Origin: Dicyema japonicum
Lineage: Eukaryota > Animalia > Dicyemida
Reading direction: 5' to 3'
Assembly (NCBI GenBank): GCA_011109175.1
Contig: RDEW01000012.1
Span: 454,762 to 518,761 of the forward strand
Length of the DNA stretch: 64,000 nucleotides
In this document: in pieces, positions 1 to 12,516 of the stretch
How the letters are laid out: each line of letters opens with the position of its first letter
How positions within the stretch are numbered: the first letter of the stretch is position 1
Program-made: the position numbers and the translations under genes
The notes under the pieces: generated by a model
What the model saw: only the letters and a program-made list of their open reading frames with translations
What the model was told of the DNA's origin: nothing
Database searches by the model: none

Positions 1-1604
1 GGAACTCATAAAACACCCTTTTGTCCAATTGGTGGGTGCTAATGTTGAACAGACGATTTCTCAGATGCAGTCCCTCTGTGGGAAAGAGTCAAAGAGATCA
101 ATTGAATCAGGTATAACCCCTCTCTTAGTTAGCAATCCCCAACTATCAGCTAAATATGAACAAAAAGTTTGACAATAAGCAAGTGGGATCAACGGACGTG
201 ACGATAAAGTTCGACTACGACAACGACGGTACGATAAAAGTACAACCAACTCATCAACCTACTGACTTGGAACCTGCCGATCATCCCCTCAAAACTGATA
301 AATTACAACATCATCAGAGTTTTCGCAGGACTAACAGGTTTAAATTGAAGGAATCGACCGCGGATATTATAAGGGATTCCCCTTCAAAGGAGGTCGATGA
401 TGGTAGAAAAAGTTTGTCAAAGTCATCCTTGATGCCTGAAATAAAGAAATATAAGATCAAATTTGAGTCAGAGATATTCTGTGCGAGTGCGATTGGCGTA
501 AATCTGTTTGTGGGGACCTCACAGGGAATGTTTCTGTTGGATCAATCTGGGAGAGGGGACTGTAATTTCACTGCTTATTTGTAGTGTACCAAGTGATGAA
601 CCAACCAGTATTCCAGGTGCAGGTGTTGAGTGAAATTGACTGTGTGGTGATGATTATTAAACAGATATACACTCTCAACTGTGTCTCCCTTAGTTACCTT
701 CTTAATTCAGTCAATCAAAAGAGAAGGAATAGTATGTTCCCCCGACAGCTTATTTGTCGTACATTTGTTGGCTGCACGTGTTTTAAAACAGGTTGGAAGT
801 TGACTCAATTTTAGTAACTATTGGGAACACCACGTTCTTGATAATCGCAGTTAGTTTCAGTATAGAGATATACATGTGGTATAGTGACCCCCATTTGATG
901 TTTAAACCATATAAGGTACGGTTGGCTGTAACTTAGGCGGTAAAATCACTGTTAAGTCGTCCATTGGTGGTGAATATGTGTTCTGACTCTAATAATGTGC
1001 TGAAAGTGTTCTATGCATCGTCTTCAGGATTCCACATGTTCAATCTGAAGACAAATTCTGTTAGTGATGTCTACACGTCTGATGATGCTGTATTTGTGTT
1101 ACTAATAGTAGATGACTGGGTCTATAATCCCCCACGATGTGGCTATCTACCCCATAGAAGGTGGGGAAAATTGTTTGTTGTTACTTTACAACAGTAGTCA
1201 TGTCGTATCATTGTAGATAGGGGAGCTTTCGTTGATATGGATGGGAATCTGTTGACTGAGCGTGGGGTTGTCAAGTTTAGTGATGAGACGTGCAATGTGA
1301 GTATGACTATGGTTGTATTTAAGCTTATTTGAATCCTGATCTACTGCTGGTTTGGAATACTGATTCTATTTCAATGACCTCTGCCTTTACTGGGAATGTT
1401 ATGGGATATTTTGTTCATAAAAAGTTGGAATCATTGCACTATCTGTGCAGTCGTGAAAGAAATGTGATATTTTGGTCATTATTGTAGGTATTCTTTAGTA
1501 ATGGTAAGACTGCAAACAAACAACCTCAATTGTACATATTAACCTTTGACTCACTTGTTGATCGTAAAGAGTTTGTTAAGAGCTGGGTCAGTAACAGTGT
1601 TTAG
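1..1604 (+). CDS. MAP4K4: MAP4K4/TNIK/MINK1 (misshapen)-like STE20 kinase, 5'-truncated by the window edge: end of kinase domain, linker and CNH domain
   Basis: Starts with ELIKHPFV (kinase C-terminal end). Removing GT-AG introns 111-132, 562-584, 792-814, 916-936, 1090-1111, 1194-1216, 1301-1323 and 1464-1487 gives one open frame to TAG at 1602-1604. CNH motifs [76 protein letters not shown] and NVFFS follow the MAP4K4-family CNH order. Confidence 0.9.
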
Positions 1605-1641
1605 TTAATAATTAATTTTTTACTTTTCCTATTATTTACTG

Positions 1642-1878
1642 TCATTCTGCTTTATATCTATTCATCCTCAGAAAATTTATTTTTGCCATCAAATTGAGGT
1701 TTGGGGACATGGGGATGGTCCCCATAGAGTTCCCCCTGTTGGAGTAAGACGTATTTTTCCATGTATCCGCTATTTTTGAAACCCCTTCATTGAAGAGAGG
1801 GATACTAACCCCATTAAAGGCCCTTTGAGTTGGTCCGGAATCATTCTGATGATGATGTTTCGAGAATACACCAATCAC
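1642..1878 (-). CDS. Possible small hypothetical gene, structure unresolved
   Basis: Either a 78-aa ORF, or another frame with a 25-nt GTTAGT..AAG intron (1785-1809) giving MIPDQLKGPLMGGFKNSGYMEKYVLLQQGELYGDHPHVPKPQFD..EDE*. Convergent with the MAP4K gene. No recognised motif. Confidence 0.25.
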   Translation of the reverse strand: MIGVFSKHHHQNDSGPTQRAFNGVSIPLFNEGVSKIADTWKNTSYSNRGNSMGTIPMSPNLNLMAKINFLRMNRYKAE

Positions 1879-3161
1879 GTGTCATCTCAAACATAGTGTC
1901 ACATTTTGTTTTGGAATTTAAAAGCAAAATATAGTAAATGGAATATTATTTTGGATGACTTTCATGTCTAAGAGACTGAGTTGTGTATGTTTAGTTTGTG
2001 ACCCAATAACTTTAATCATCGATATCTTATTTTCTTTTTTTCAGCCTATCGGATTGTGAGGCTGCTCAACATGTCGAACGGATAAAATTTTTAATGCGAT
2101 TTTGGCCTCAATAATTTTGACCTAACAAATTGTTGAATTTAAAGCTTTCTCAGGTGACAAAATATAAAAATCTTTTCCATAAAGAATTTCTTTTTGACTT
2201 GTTCTTGATACCATCTTTTAAGGAGGAAATTGGTACCAAAATAACTTCCGATTGGGGGAAGATTGAAGATTATCATGCAATTGCGAATTATTACTAATAA
2301 TCGATGAGTTTAATGAAAAGTCAAAGTTTTAACTAAAGAATCGTACAAAATTAATATTCTCTCCTCGAAGGTCGTATTCATAAAATTATTTCAAAAAATC
2401 ATTTATTATTTAGCCGGTATTTACCTAGCATGCATCGAGATCCACTTTCACTTTCTCCTCTTGTAGGCAGGCCACGCTAACTTTGTATCGTTTTATCTCC
2501 CGTTTAGTGTTCGAAGCGAGTTCTCTGATGCTGAAAGTTGAAATAGAAACGGGGTAGGATAGACAGACTGAGTACGATAAAGACATAGATATTATTAGAG
2601 AGGCGCCCCACTCGCAACAAAATACGTGGACGGTGTAGAACTGTGCCTTCTCTCTGTCTGAAATTGCAACTGAATTGTCTGAATCAAGTTGGTGGGAAGA
2701 TGAAAAAAGTGGACGACTTCGATGAACTACGGAAGCCTATGAGGGAACGCTGTAGAGAAAACTGGTAGAACAAATATCAAAGAACACGACACAAGTGGAA
2801 CCTTAAGTATTTACATGCTTATGTGTAACTCGGGAGTAGTTTTAACTAACTGATAATGTATTTACAAGATGTACCACATCAACGTACAGGGAAACCAAAG
2901 AAGTTTTTCTGTTAAATAAATCTAATCAAAGCAGGAATCTAATGAGAAATCAATCTGAAAACTAGAGAACCACATCATGTTCATACACGTGTAAGCTCAT
3001 TGTTCCTCCATGGGTATGTGATTCGTACTAAACTGTATTATCCATTTAGTCCAGGCGAAAGGGAATGATATATCTTCCAATAGCCATTAGGTTTATCAAC
3101 ATCTACCAGCTTGAAATACAAATCTTAAAGGAAATGCGGTCTCAATAACGAGAGATTGACT

Positions 3162-3400
3162 CAGGACACACACTTTATTTAAGTAAAAAATAGTTATCAT
3201 AACTAATCGATAAGGGGGAACCAAGGAATGCTCTTCTTTTTTCTGTTGTTGGATGTGAGTCATTTTGTAGACAATCCAGTTCCGAAGTGAGTTGTTCACT
3301 GATGACGTCACTCATAAAGTCAGAGCATCGTAGATGCGTGGAAGCTTCAACCGGAGTGTACAGCAGCGATATTCTAACTAGGGGCTTTTCACTTGACGTA
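3162..3400 (-). mobile_element. SINE family A copy, diverged
   Basis: Shares the core GCATCGTAGATGCGTGGAA and the tail GGACACACACTTTATTTAAGTAAA with the full copies at 36998-37323 and 54458-54774. Confidence 0.8.
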
Positions 3401-3856
3401 GCGTAGTTCACTTTACTCAGTCTCCTATTCCTCTGGAACTTTAATTCATTTTTTTTCTTACAGAATTTCTATATAGGTTATAGTCAGAATTCCCTCTATG
3501 ATGGTGCCTGATGGCCTAGATCGAAAGGACGGAAAACAGTCTGATAAAATTAAAAGGGAAAATAACTACTATGGGAGGCAACATTTGTCTACCCTTGTCT
3601 CCTTCTAATATCAACTGCCGTAAAGGCAGAGAAGGCTGAAGGAAAGAAATACCAATACTTCTCGAACGGTTCATGCAATTTCAGCCGACACAACTGGAGC
3701 GATAAATAAAAAGTTTTTGGCTTTCTCGAAAACCTACAAAGTCTGGCTACATTCAGAAACAATGACCTCCGCTCAAACTAATGGATCCCCAAGATTACCT
3801 TGATAGCTATCATCACAGGCATACCGTGTCAGTTATGTCGCTGGGGATAATAATAA

Positions 3857-3975
3857 TCCGGTTCCGCAGTGATCAAACACACATGACGGCGTCACTGGTC
3901 AACCCAGAAGCATCGTAATTGCATGGAACCTTCCACCGAATGGACTGCAGAGAGATTCGAACCCAGGACTTAATG
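3857..3975 (-). mobile_element. SINE family A fragment (B box plus core)
   Basis: CCGGTTCCGCAGTG..TGACGGCGTCACTGGTCAA..GAGATTCGAACCC matches the family A core and the reverse-complement B box. Confidence 0.75.
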
Positions 3976-4469
3976 GTTTTTAACTTATTACACTCTCAAT
4001 CTGGGGAGCGGTAGTACAGTCGATTAACCAGCAGTGTTCACGGGGGTGATCCGAGCTAACTGAGATAAAACGTTTTTCATTGTGTTTACCGATGCAGACG
4101 GATTCGAATGAAGATGGTAAACCAACCACGTCAAAGTCATCCAACGATTTTGTTTAAAGCTATATGCCAGGAAGTTATACCAGGACTTCACCAAACCCAT
4201 CAATTTGCTTACTACATTTGCATGGCGTACAAACTTCAGTCCAAGGTGAAATGAGACTTTAACTCGAATCGAGTCGTCGACCAGAAAATCCAAAATACTT
4301 TCTTGGAATAGTGTTGAGGTAGACTCCACTTTCATGAGCGGTTCAGAACAACCTTCAGTTTGAAAATTACAGCAGCTTTTTGAAAGATTCCGCTAAAAAT
4401 CCGAAGATTGGAAAGGAACGTATCAAGATAACCAATAGGTGGTCGACGTTCAAGTCAAAATAAAATTAA

Positions 4470-5150
4470 GGAAAGATTGTAGAATCCTCCTGATCAGGAA
4501 ATCGGAGACCAAGAAAGCTGTAAAAAAAGACAAACATTAAAAAATGTAGCAAATTATAAGGGCACCAATCACAGTCCTTTTTCCAAAGGCGTCATTGAAG
4601 AAAAAATTACAAAACCGCTTGACAGCCCATGAAAGGGAAAGTCGATAAGAGAAGTTGGGTGGGGGGAAAGAAATAAAAAATTCTCAATGGAGAAACTGTT
4701 CTTTAGGAAGGTCAGAGAGGTATGATAATCAAGGAGGCACATCCGATTAAGAGTCTCTTTGAGTAGAAGACTTGTGTCGTGCATCACCTTCCCCATCGCA
4801 TTCCCAGTCATCGAATAACCAATTTTCGCAGGATTTAGAAGCACTCCCAGACACAAATGACTGAAGGACAAAATGGCTTGGATGAAATCAACATCACAAA
4901 GTCCACTGTTAGAAATTTGTCTCTGTTCAGTTAGAGACCAACTTTGGACTCGAATGATTGTATTTTGGGGTCTTCCAGGGACTGCAACGTCAGATATTAA
5001 AGGTAGAGGGAGCCGGGAAAATTTGGTGATTTTTTCCGAGTGTTTTTCTATCCAGAGGTCACTGCTGCCTATACCCCTCTTGGGGAAGAGCTTCGAACCT
5101 TGATTACCTGACTCTCGCGTTTGATTAGAGAAAGCTGGGTAGAAGGTCAT
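4470..5150 (-). CDS. Hypothetical protein, probably multi-exon
   Basis: 193-aa ORF in AT-rich DNA. A GT..CAG intron near 4520-4575 could extend it by FLGLRFPDQEDSTIFP*. A second 103-aa ORF follows at 4024-4335. No recognised domain. Confidence 0.35.
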
Positions 5151-5660
5151 TCGTACTCCAAACTGTATGCCTTCTGGTCAACCGAGAATAGGCATTAATT
5201 AGTGGCAAAAAATTAGCTGTAGTAAAATTTTTCTGATAATTCCAAGACGCTGTGAAAATAATCTCGGTTTGCCGATAATTAGGGTCAAGGTCATCTTAAC
5301 CTATTATTTAGATTTCCGGTTCCGTAAATCAATTTTTAAAATATTATTTAATACATTTTATGAAGATTAAATAAAAATCTCTTCTACATGTCTCTGGATA
5401 ATTCAGGTCATCAACTTGTAATGGAGATCATGTGACAGAAGAATCTTCACACAGAGAATAATTATATCAATGAACATTATCCACGTGACAATAAATTTTA
5501 GTTATCTGGAAATATTTTATTAATTTCCAATATATTAATTCAATTATAAAATTTGTTTCTAATTAAATAAAATAATCATTATTTCTATTTCTAATTTGTG
5601 CCACTCATTAATGCGTACCATCGGCTGACCAGGAAAATATAACTGTTGGTCGGACGTTTA

Positions 5661-6173
5661 ATGGTGGATAAACCAAATGATCTCCCCTGTAAGCACAACT
5701 TATATAGACGGTTTTCATGTCCCCAATTTAACAAAGCATTCCGGTCTAAACGAACTATTTTTGCACGTCCCTCGTTTGTCTCTGAGATGGTTAAAAAATT
5801 CGACAAAATTAAAGAAAACTCGTCGACTAAATCTTCAGTCCCTGGTCAGTCTCTTGTCACTTATTCTTTCAGTGGAGGTAATTTCAAATAATATTCAGGT
5901 TATCGTGGGAGTTTTAATGAAATTTTCAGATCATCCAATCTGGGAAATTCAATGGGGTACTATCAAACAAGCAAATCAAGAAAAAAAGCCACAAATAACT
6001 CCAATGAAAACACACCAACTCCACATAATGCAACCACTGTTTTGATTTCTCATTTGAATGAGGATTTGAAGAAATTCAGGCGGCAAAATTTTGATATTTT
6101 CGCTCAACTTGTTTGTATGAAATCGATTACTAGGAATAATCCTAAAAAAGATTTTAAAATTACGAAAATATAA
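5661..6173 (+). CDS. Hypothetical protein with one 21-nt intron
   Basis: Removing GTAATTTCAAATAATATTCAG (5878-5898, carrying an in-frame TAA) joins ORF 5646-5891 in frame to ORF 5952-6173 (..YSFSGGYRGSFNEIFRSSNLGNSMGYYQ..). Confidence 0.5.
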
Positions 6174-7556
6174 TTTTTACTGAAAATAGTATTTTTGAAT
6201 CTGTGTTTTTCATTTATAATTTACTAACCCCCAGCCATTCGTTATACTAGTTTTCTCTATGTAACTTTCCTCTCCGCATGTCTCCTCACTTCGTCGATGT
6301 CGGAGAGAATAGACAGACTGAGACAATCGTTTTCGTAGGGTCTTTATAAAAATTATTAGTCTGATTTTTTTCTACTGGTCCAACTGCCTCTCGGGGTTTT
6401 GTATAAAAATTAGGACTCCTGGTCCAATTGGAATTCCCATGTGTGTAGTAAAAATGTCGTTTAGTATGTTGTATAGTTGATGGGTGAGTATTTTAGTCCT
6501 CCTTCTCATCGATTTTCTTGTGTGTAATGTTGTTTGCAATTAAGTTTTCACACCAGGTCTTCTAGATTAGTGTCTATGAGTGAAGTGTAATAGAGACAAC
6601 AGTTTATGGTCCATTGATAGAAGTGTGCCTTCATAAGATCGTGAGTTCATTAGTGTACATTTAAGAGTACGGCGACAGATTATGTAATCCATCTGATTGT
6701 AGAACTGTCTCCCCATTCTGATTTTCCTTTGTCCCACTCAAGTGGTCATGTGTGTCTTGTGGATGTTTGAATGCTGTGTTACACAGGAAAAGATTAAATG
6801 CACACAAAAGTCAGCCAGAGCAGCTCAATTAAGGCTCCTCATTCCTCTTCTATAAGCTTCAATGAAATTTAATCTCTACAACGTGTTCCCAATTTTGCGT
6901 TCCAGTCACCTGCAAGGAAAGTGATGGGGAAGCACGTATATACCCCGACCACAGCGTGATTCGAGTAAAAATTTTTTTCTTCAGGAAATTTCATTGCTAT
7001 AATCATCGTGTGTTAGAGTCAAGCAACTGAAACGACTGAGATCCTCGGTCAACTGTGTTCTCCGTAGCAAAAATGAAATTCCTCTGACGTTGAATGTCCT
7101 AAGTGCAAGTTCTCCAGGTTGTGTACTAGACATGTGTGCAATGGAGAGATGTCACCATCTAACTAAAAAAATAAACCAAGTGGAAAATATTGTATGGGGG
7201 TAAAAAGATAATCATCAATCTGGAAAATACGAAAGTAAACTAGTTTAACATGTCTATGCTAACAAAAGAAATATGGAAAAAAAGACTCAAAGTTGATACA
7301 AAATCCTTTACCTGCACAAGACTGGGCAGACAATGTCACACTCTCCCTTAATGACCACGAAACAGATCACCTTTTTTCGTTTGTCTTCTCCGCACGGGAT
7401 CAACCTTTTGAATCTCGGGAACGTCCGTAATTGGTAGTTACGTTCTTGTTAGCTACCACTTCTCGTTCCTTTTGCCCATCCATACTTGACAATGACACAA
7501 GTAGATCACATTCGAAACAACAAGAAGTCAAACTTTTGAGTTCAATGTGTCTTAAT

Positions 7557-7878
7557 TTATTTATTAACCCCGGATACACCGAGAAAGAAGTTAAAGTAAA
7601 CAACTAATTAAGTGTATCCAGTTTCCACTTCTACAGAAACAGAGTCCATCCGGAATCAACATAAAGGGTAAAAGACGTCCATAGTTGCAGTTGTGGAAAC
7701 CCCTCCAGTTGAGTGGGGGAGAGCAAATAATCCTTTTTCATGCCGGCCTGACACTGGGTGCCACCTAGACAGGTGGATCACATGACGCCACTCTAGTAGG
7801 AAGAGAGAGGAGGAACAGACGAACAAAACATAACTTCAACCAATTAGCCACGCAGCACCACATGACGCCACACGGCTC
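7557..7878 (-). mobile_element. Short retroposon family B, full-length copy
   Basis: Near-identical to 14449-14775 and 45272-45570. The 11-bp direct repeat TGTGTCTTAAT lies at 7546-7556 and 7887-7897, with 8 extra nt at the 5' junction. Ends in a (TAAA)n tail. Confidence 0.85.
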
Positions 7879-8879
7879 ACAATATCTGTGTCTTAATCAA
7901 GAGAGAAAAGTTAGACCAATAAGAGGACTTCGGATAGATGGTTATTTAGTTTAAATAATTTGTAACTTTATTGTTTTTATTAATTATTTAATTCAAAAAT
8001 ATAACATGACAGAGTTGTGTCAACCTTTTGCTTGTAATCTACAAAAATGCTTAAAAGGTGTGTTTATTCGTAATATACAGTACATAATTATAATTCTGAG
8101 AAGTGTGTTGAAGTTATTAAATTATTCAAAGATTGTTGTAAGAATATACAATTTAAGTCTAAATGTTGTTCTGGAATGAAATAGTTATATTTATAATAAT
8201 CTCATTATTACGAATATTTATGTTATTTTTGTAGATTTCGACCATAAAGATCTCTTCTTCTAAAGAACCAGTAAATCTTCTCATGAACGCATTCTTCTGT
8301 GAAATGGAAAGCTGATCGATCCTAAAGTAGGATAGCCTTATCGAGTTACTCAATAGATGCTCCGGAAGCAATTCCGAGTGACAGGAGGATCGATAACGGA
8401 TCGTTATAGGAGAATGCGGTTATTATTTGAGGCTGAGCCACTTATTAGTTTTTGTTGACACCTTTCTTGGTGGTCTTGGGATTACTTAATATTTGAATTG
8501 ATTATATCAGGAAAGGTTTTCATATTTTCGGATTTTCCCGACCTCCTCCTTGACTGCCGCGTCTCCAGGTGAGTTGGTCGTCGTTAGCGATCTGGCCCCC
8601 AAAAAAGATGTCCCCAAACAAGTGATTTATTATGGGAGTATGGAATTAATGGCATCTTATCTGGCCTCCTCCCATCGCCTCTGTTGATGACTGCATGCCT
8701 CGGGAAACGGCCTCTACTGAGACGGCAAAGAGCGGGTGAAGTCCTAAACAGTCCCAGGGGTCGCATTTGAGAACCCCTGGGTTAGACTTAACAAACAATG
8801 TGAGTGGCTATCTTTCAGTTTTATTCTCTCGTTTATTAGATTTACGGATCTGTTGATGTTATGGGTTGATTATAACCTC

Positions 8880-9400
8880 ACAATGACCATTCCTCGGCCA
8901 ATAGTAGTTTCTTTAGTTCTCGTGACTCAGTTTAGTGATATTAGGTCGTGTGAACAACATGTCAGAAATCATAACTTCATAAAGGCGCTACAGACGATCT
9001 TTCTCCTCGAGGCTAGATTTCCTATATACCCAGTACATTTAACCAAACACTGATCTTCTGACAGCACAGTCTGGGTCCAGAACCGGAATGGAACGTGGTG
9101 ATCCTTTTGGACTTATTCTATTTGCTCTGGAAATCGACTCGTTCTGTAATCATGGAATCGTTGAATGTCTGGTATATAGACGATGGCGCCATTATGGAGA
9201 TTGAAGTAATAGAGGACAGAGATCAGGTCCATATACTTGAACCATAACCCTCCAAATGAAAAATCATTATCGTAACATTATCAAAGGACGACTTTTTTCG
9301 ACCGTCTTCTTTTCTTCTAGTAATATCCCTCACCAAGAAACAATCTACATTGGCTCTCCTCTATCCCACAGGAAAATCTCCACTCTCCAACAAAATTTTT
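8880..9400 (+). mobile_element. CRE-like LINE reverse transcriptase relic
   Basis: Degenerate GMERGDPFGLILFAL and WYIDDG motifs, similar to the element at 31140-33170. Confidence 0.5.
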
Positions 9401-9896
9401 TTCTTATCCTTCTTAACCAACATGCTGTATTTTTTACTGTGGATCTTCACCCCACGTCCCCCTTAATAGATGCCCCCGTGTTATATCACATCTTGATCGC
9501 CATAGATGTGACACTGAGATCGTCTATATAAAAAATCCTGAATCTCTTGATGACATTGGTTAGATAAAATATGTTACCACTTCTTAGAGACATTAGTGTG
9601 CAATCCTTCTAACAACTAGCCTTCCGACCTTCCTCTTTTGATCACTGGTCTCCACGGCAGATCTGGAATTCCCCATACTGATCGCAAGTTGAACCGCTAA
9701 GAAACCTGGTTCGAGAACTTTGGACATATCTGAACCTTAAAACCTTAAACTTGAAGAAGCAGTACACCTAGGAAAATTTGTTTTCCATAAATACTCCAAA
9801 ATTGGATCAACACCGACATGCATGCCTTGCATCGACAAATGAAAGCGCTGTGTGGCTAAGAGCTCTTATCTTTACATCGCTGGTGAACTTATAGAT

Positions 9897-11093
9897 CAGT
9901 GGTTCTCAACCTTTTTCCCGTCGCCGATTTTGAGCCTATCCAAAAATTTCCACCGCCAATGAGTAAATTCAACTTTTTAAAGAATTTTATTAAATTAATA
10001 ATTATATATGAAAACTATTCCGCCAAGAATGAAGTGATGTCGGCAACGGTAGGACGTATGATGAAAATGGAAGAGGGTAAACCTACTTCACATCTCTTCG
10101 GAAGCGGAAGCCTGTAATGTACTATTGGAAGATGGATTTGGTCGGCACAATCAGATATTCTCCCTTGGGTTCCTTCCTTGGATTAATTATGACTATCTGT
10201 CACAATTTTGGAAACTGTTCTTTGATCTTCAAATTCTCCAAAACTGAGAAATTGGGTATTATGAACGTTAATTTCATGTATTATTTTTAGGTATATTAAT
10301 TTCTCATAATCCGGAATCAGAGTTAAAATTTGGATTTGAATGGATCACTGAGGAATATAAAATTAATCCTGATATAAATTCTGTTTGGATAAGTGTGGAA
10401 ATTGATGACAGCGAGGATTGTTGAAAGTGTGGCTCAAGCGAAACCCGACCTAGTTATTATTGCCTCTATTACTGTTACATGATATCCTTGTAACATGACA
10501 GATACCTAAAGTAGTCTTAATTTCTACCAACCTCATTGAGTTTTGCAAAAAACCATTTCAAATAATGGAACAATCTAGTCTCCAATCGTATTGGAACAGC
10601 CTGTTTTCGAGACCGATTCAGATATTTTATATGAGGTTTCCGGTCCTTCTAAATAATTAACTAAAATTCTAGTTTGTAATGTGTGTTTTTTGATTGCAGG
10701 AGTGTTCGAATAGTTCTCCCTTAGTTTTTCAAGTTTATACGAATGCTTGAAAAAGCTGACATAGTCTTGATTGCTTCATTAGACAAGGTAATATTGCATA
10801 TTAGACATATGGGACTTGGAATAAATTCAAATGATAAGAATCTGCTTTGGTGATTACGGGCTCGACTCATCACTACGAAATTTATTTCACGCTTCTTAAT
10901 AATTTATAACAACCTTCTAAAAAATTTTTAGTTATTAAATTTTTATTTATTTCCGTTAATACTTTCGTTCTTTTAGTAAAAATAAAAAAATCAACAATTA
11001 AAAATTCCACCGCCAAAATTTGGAATTCCAACGCCCAAAAGTGAAAATCTAATCACCCATATTAGGGGATATCGGCCAGGTTGGGAACCACTG
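9897..11093. mobile_element. Non-autonomous hAT (Charlie-type) element
   Basis: Termini CAGTGGTTCTCAACC / GGTTGGGAACCACTG. Flanking 8-mers TTATAGAT and ATCTAGAT match at 6/8 and resemble the nTCTAGAn Charlie target. Confidence 0.7.
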
Positions 11094-11249
11094 ATCTAGA
11101 TAATGACTTAACACGAATAAGAGTCTGCCTTTGATTTCAATGTTTGAATAAGTAACAGATGCGGGAAGACAGCTACCATCAACGGATTTCACGCCCTCTC
11201 CTGTCGACTCAGGAAGGAGTGTTAGGCACATGGAGATATCATTTTATAC

Positions 11250-11510
11250 AATTGAGTGACAATTTAGAATAAGAGACTATATCGTGGTACCAAATCAGTC
11301 CCATTGAGCATGGAAATCATTGAATCGAAGCTGCGACTCTTTGGGGACATACTGCGTGTGGATATGATTCCCTTGCAAATATAGCAATACTTCAAAAATG
11401 AGAGCAGACCCCCATTAGTAGGTCGAGGATCACTCCACAAGATCTGAATTGTAAAGAAATTGTAATATACAGAGGACCTATGGACAGAGCCCACTGGAGA
11501 CGACTATTAG
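11250..11510 (+). mobile_element. RTE LINE 3' relic
   Basis: EIIESKLRLFGDILR, homologous to DILESRWRLFGHILQ in ORF 23912-24196. Confidence 0.55.
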
Positions 11511-11579
11511 TGACTAACGAGAAAGTAACCCACTCCCAGAGGAGTCAAGATTGTTATTTATTAATAAAACATTATATAA

Positions 11580-12235
11580 TTAATTAATTCTTCTATCAGG
11601 TGTATAATCTAGTAAGCACGTGCGTTTAGTAAATCCCTGATCAAAGTAATCATCTTTATCAATAGTGGCCTTCTGTTTCCACCAGGGGATTCCCTAAAGT
11701 AACATCCAAACTCATACAAAGTTGATAACTCCGTGATACCTCATTTTATAACAACGAGACCAACTAGTCCAGTCCTCGAGGTTAAATAATAAATAATACC
11801 TGTGGGGTCACATTGACATAGTAAAACAAATAATAGACAACCCCCAAACCAATGCAAACTTTACCAAACTCTGTCTGAACATCTTGGAATATCGAGGTCC
11901 CTTACTTTATTAATAAATTTAACGATTAATGGTTTCAGTTGTAGTTCTGCCAAGTCTAAGGGTTTTCGGTATATTCGACGGAATATGTTGATGGGGAAGT
12001 TTCGGGGTCTTGGCTCATCTGGGGATAGTATTTGATCTCTGACCCACTGCTGTCTGAGTCTGCGTTCTTCTTCGGTCATTGGTTTTGTTAGTCGAGACCT
12101 TTCTACCCTCATCGGTTCGATTGACATTCTACCGTATCGACTTCCAGACTTTTCGAGTATTTCCGACAGAATTTTTCTCCTTTTCCATTCAGGAGACTCT
12201 GACAATTGATTAATGTTGTATGTATCATCACTCAT
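11580..12235 (-). CDS. NDUFB6: NADH:ubiquinone oxidoreductase subunit B6 (B17)
   Basis: MTEEERRLRQQWVRDQILSPDEP and NIFRRIYRKPLD, then a TM segment, DWT, and C-terminal DDYFDQGF. Introns are 11901-11923 (23 nt), 11694-11717 (24 nt) and a middle intron that is either 11800-11817 (18 nt) or 11775-11799 (25 nt, needing one extra T). Confidence 0.85.
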
Positions 12236-12309
12236 TCACACAACGCTTTCAATTATTATTTTTAAATATTATTTTATTATTTAATTTTGTAACAATAATA
12301 ATATTACAG

Positions 12310-12470
12310 ACCTTCCTTACCTTTATCTGATAGTCCATACCTCGAATCAACACGAAACAGCAGTTGGTTTCCTACTCTACGTATGTGAAAAATCTCATAA
12401 GAGACTTAACCTTTCCGTTATCCATTGGTTTTCTTTCACCCGGAGGGATTGGGGGTAAATAAATAAATGT
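12310..12470 (+). mobile_element. Short LINE 3'-end stub
   Basis: Ends TTTCACCCGGAGGGATTGGGGGTAAATAAATAAAT, resembling the GGGGT+(TAAA)n ends at 15607 and 38970. Confidence 0.35.
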
Positions 12471-12516
12471 AACAGCTGGACAAAATATAAAGTTGAGTGA
12501 TAAAATTACTTGTGAG

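Noticed and set aside
3480-3850. Possible RTE C-terminal relic
   Set aside because: Similarity is too degenerate to support a call.
6430-7300. Cys-rich plus-strand gene with several 19-25 nt intron-like segments
   Set aside because: No consistent open frame could be assembled by hand and no motif was recognised. It needs RNA-seq.
8159-8780. ORF 8159-8371 and a GC-rich stretch with a GTGAGT..TAG segment
   Set aside because: No coherent spliced product or homology could be supported.
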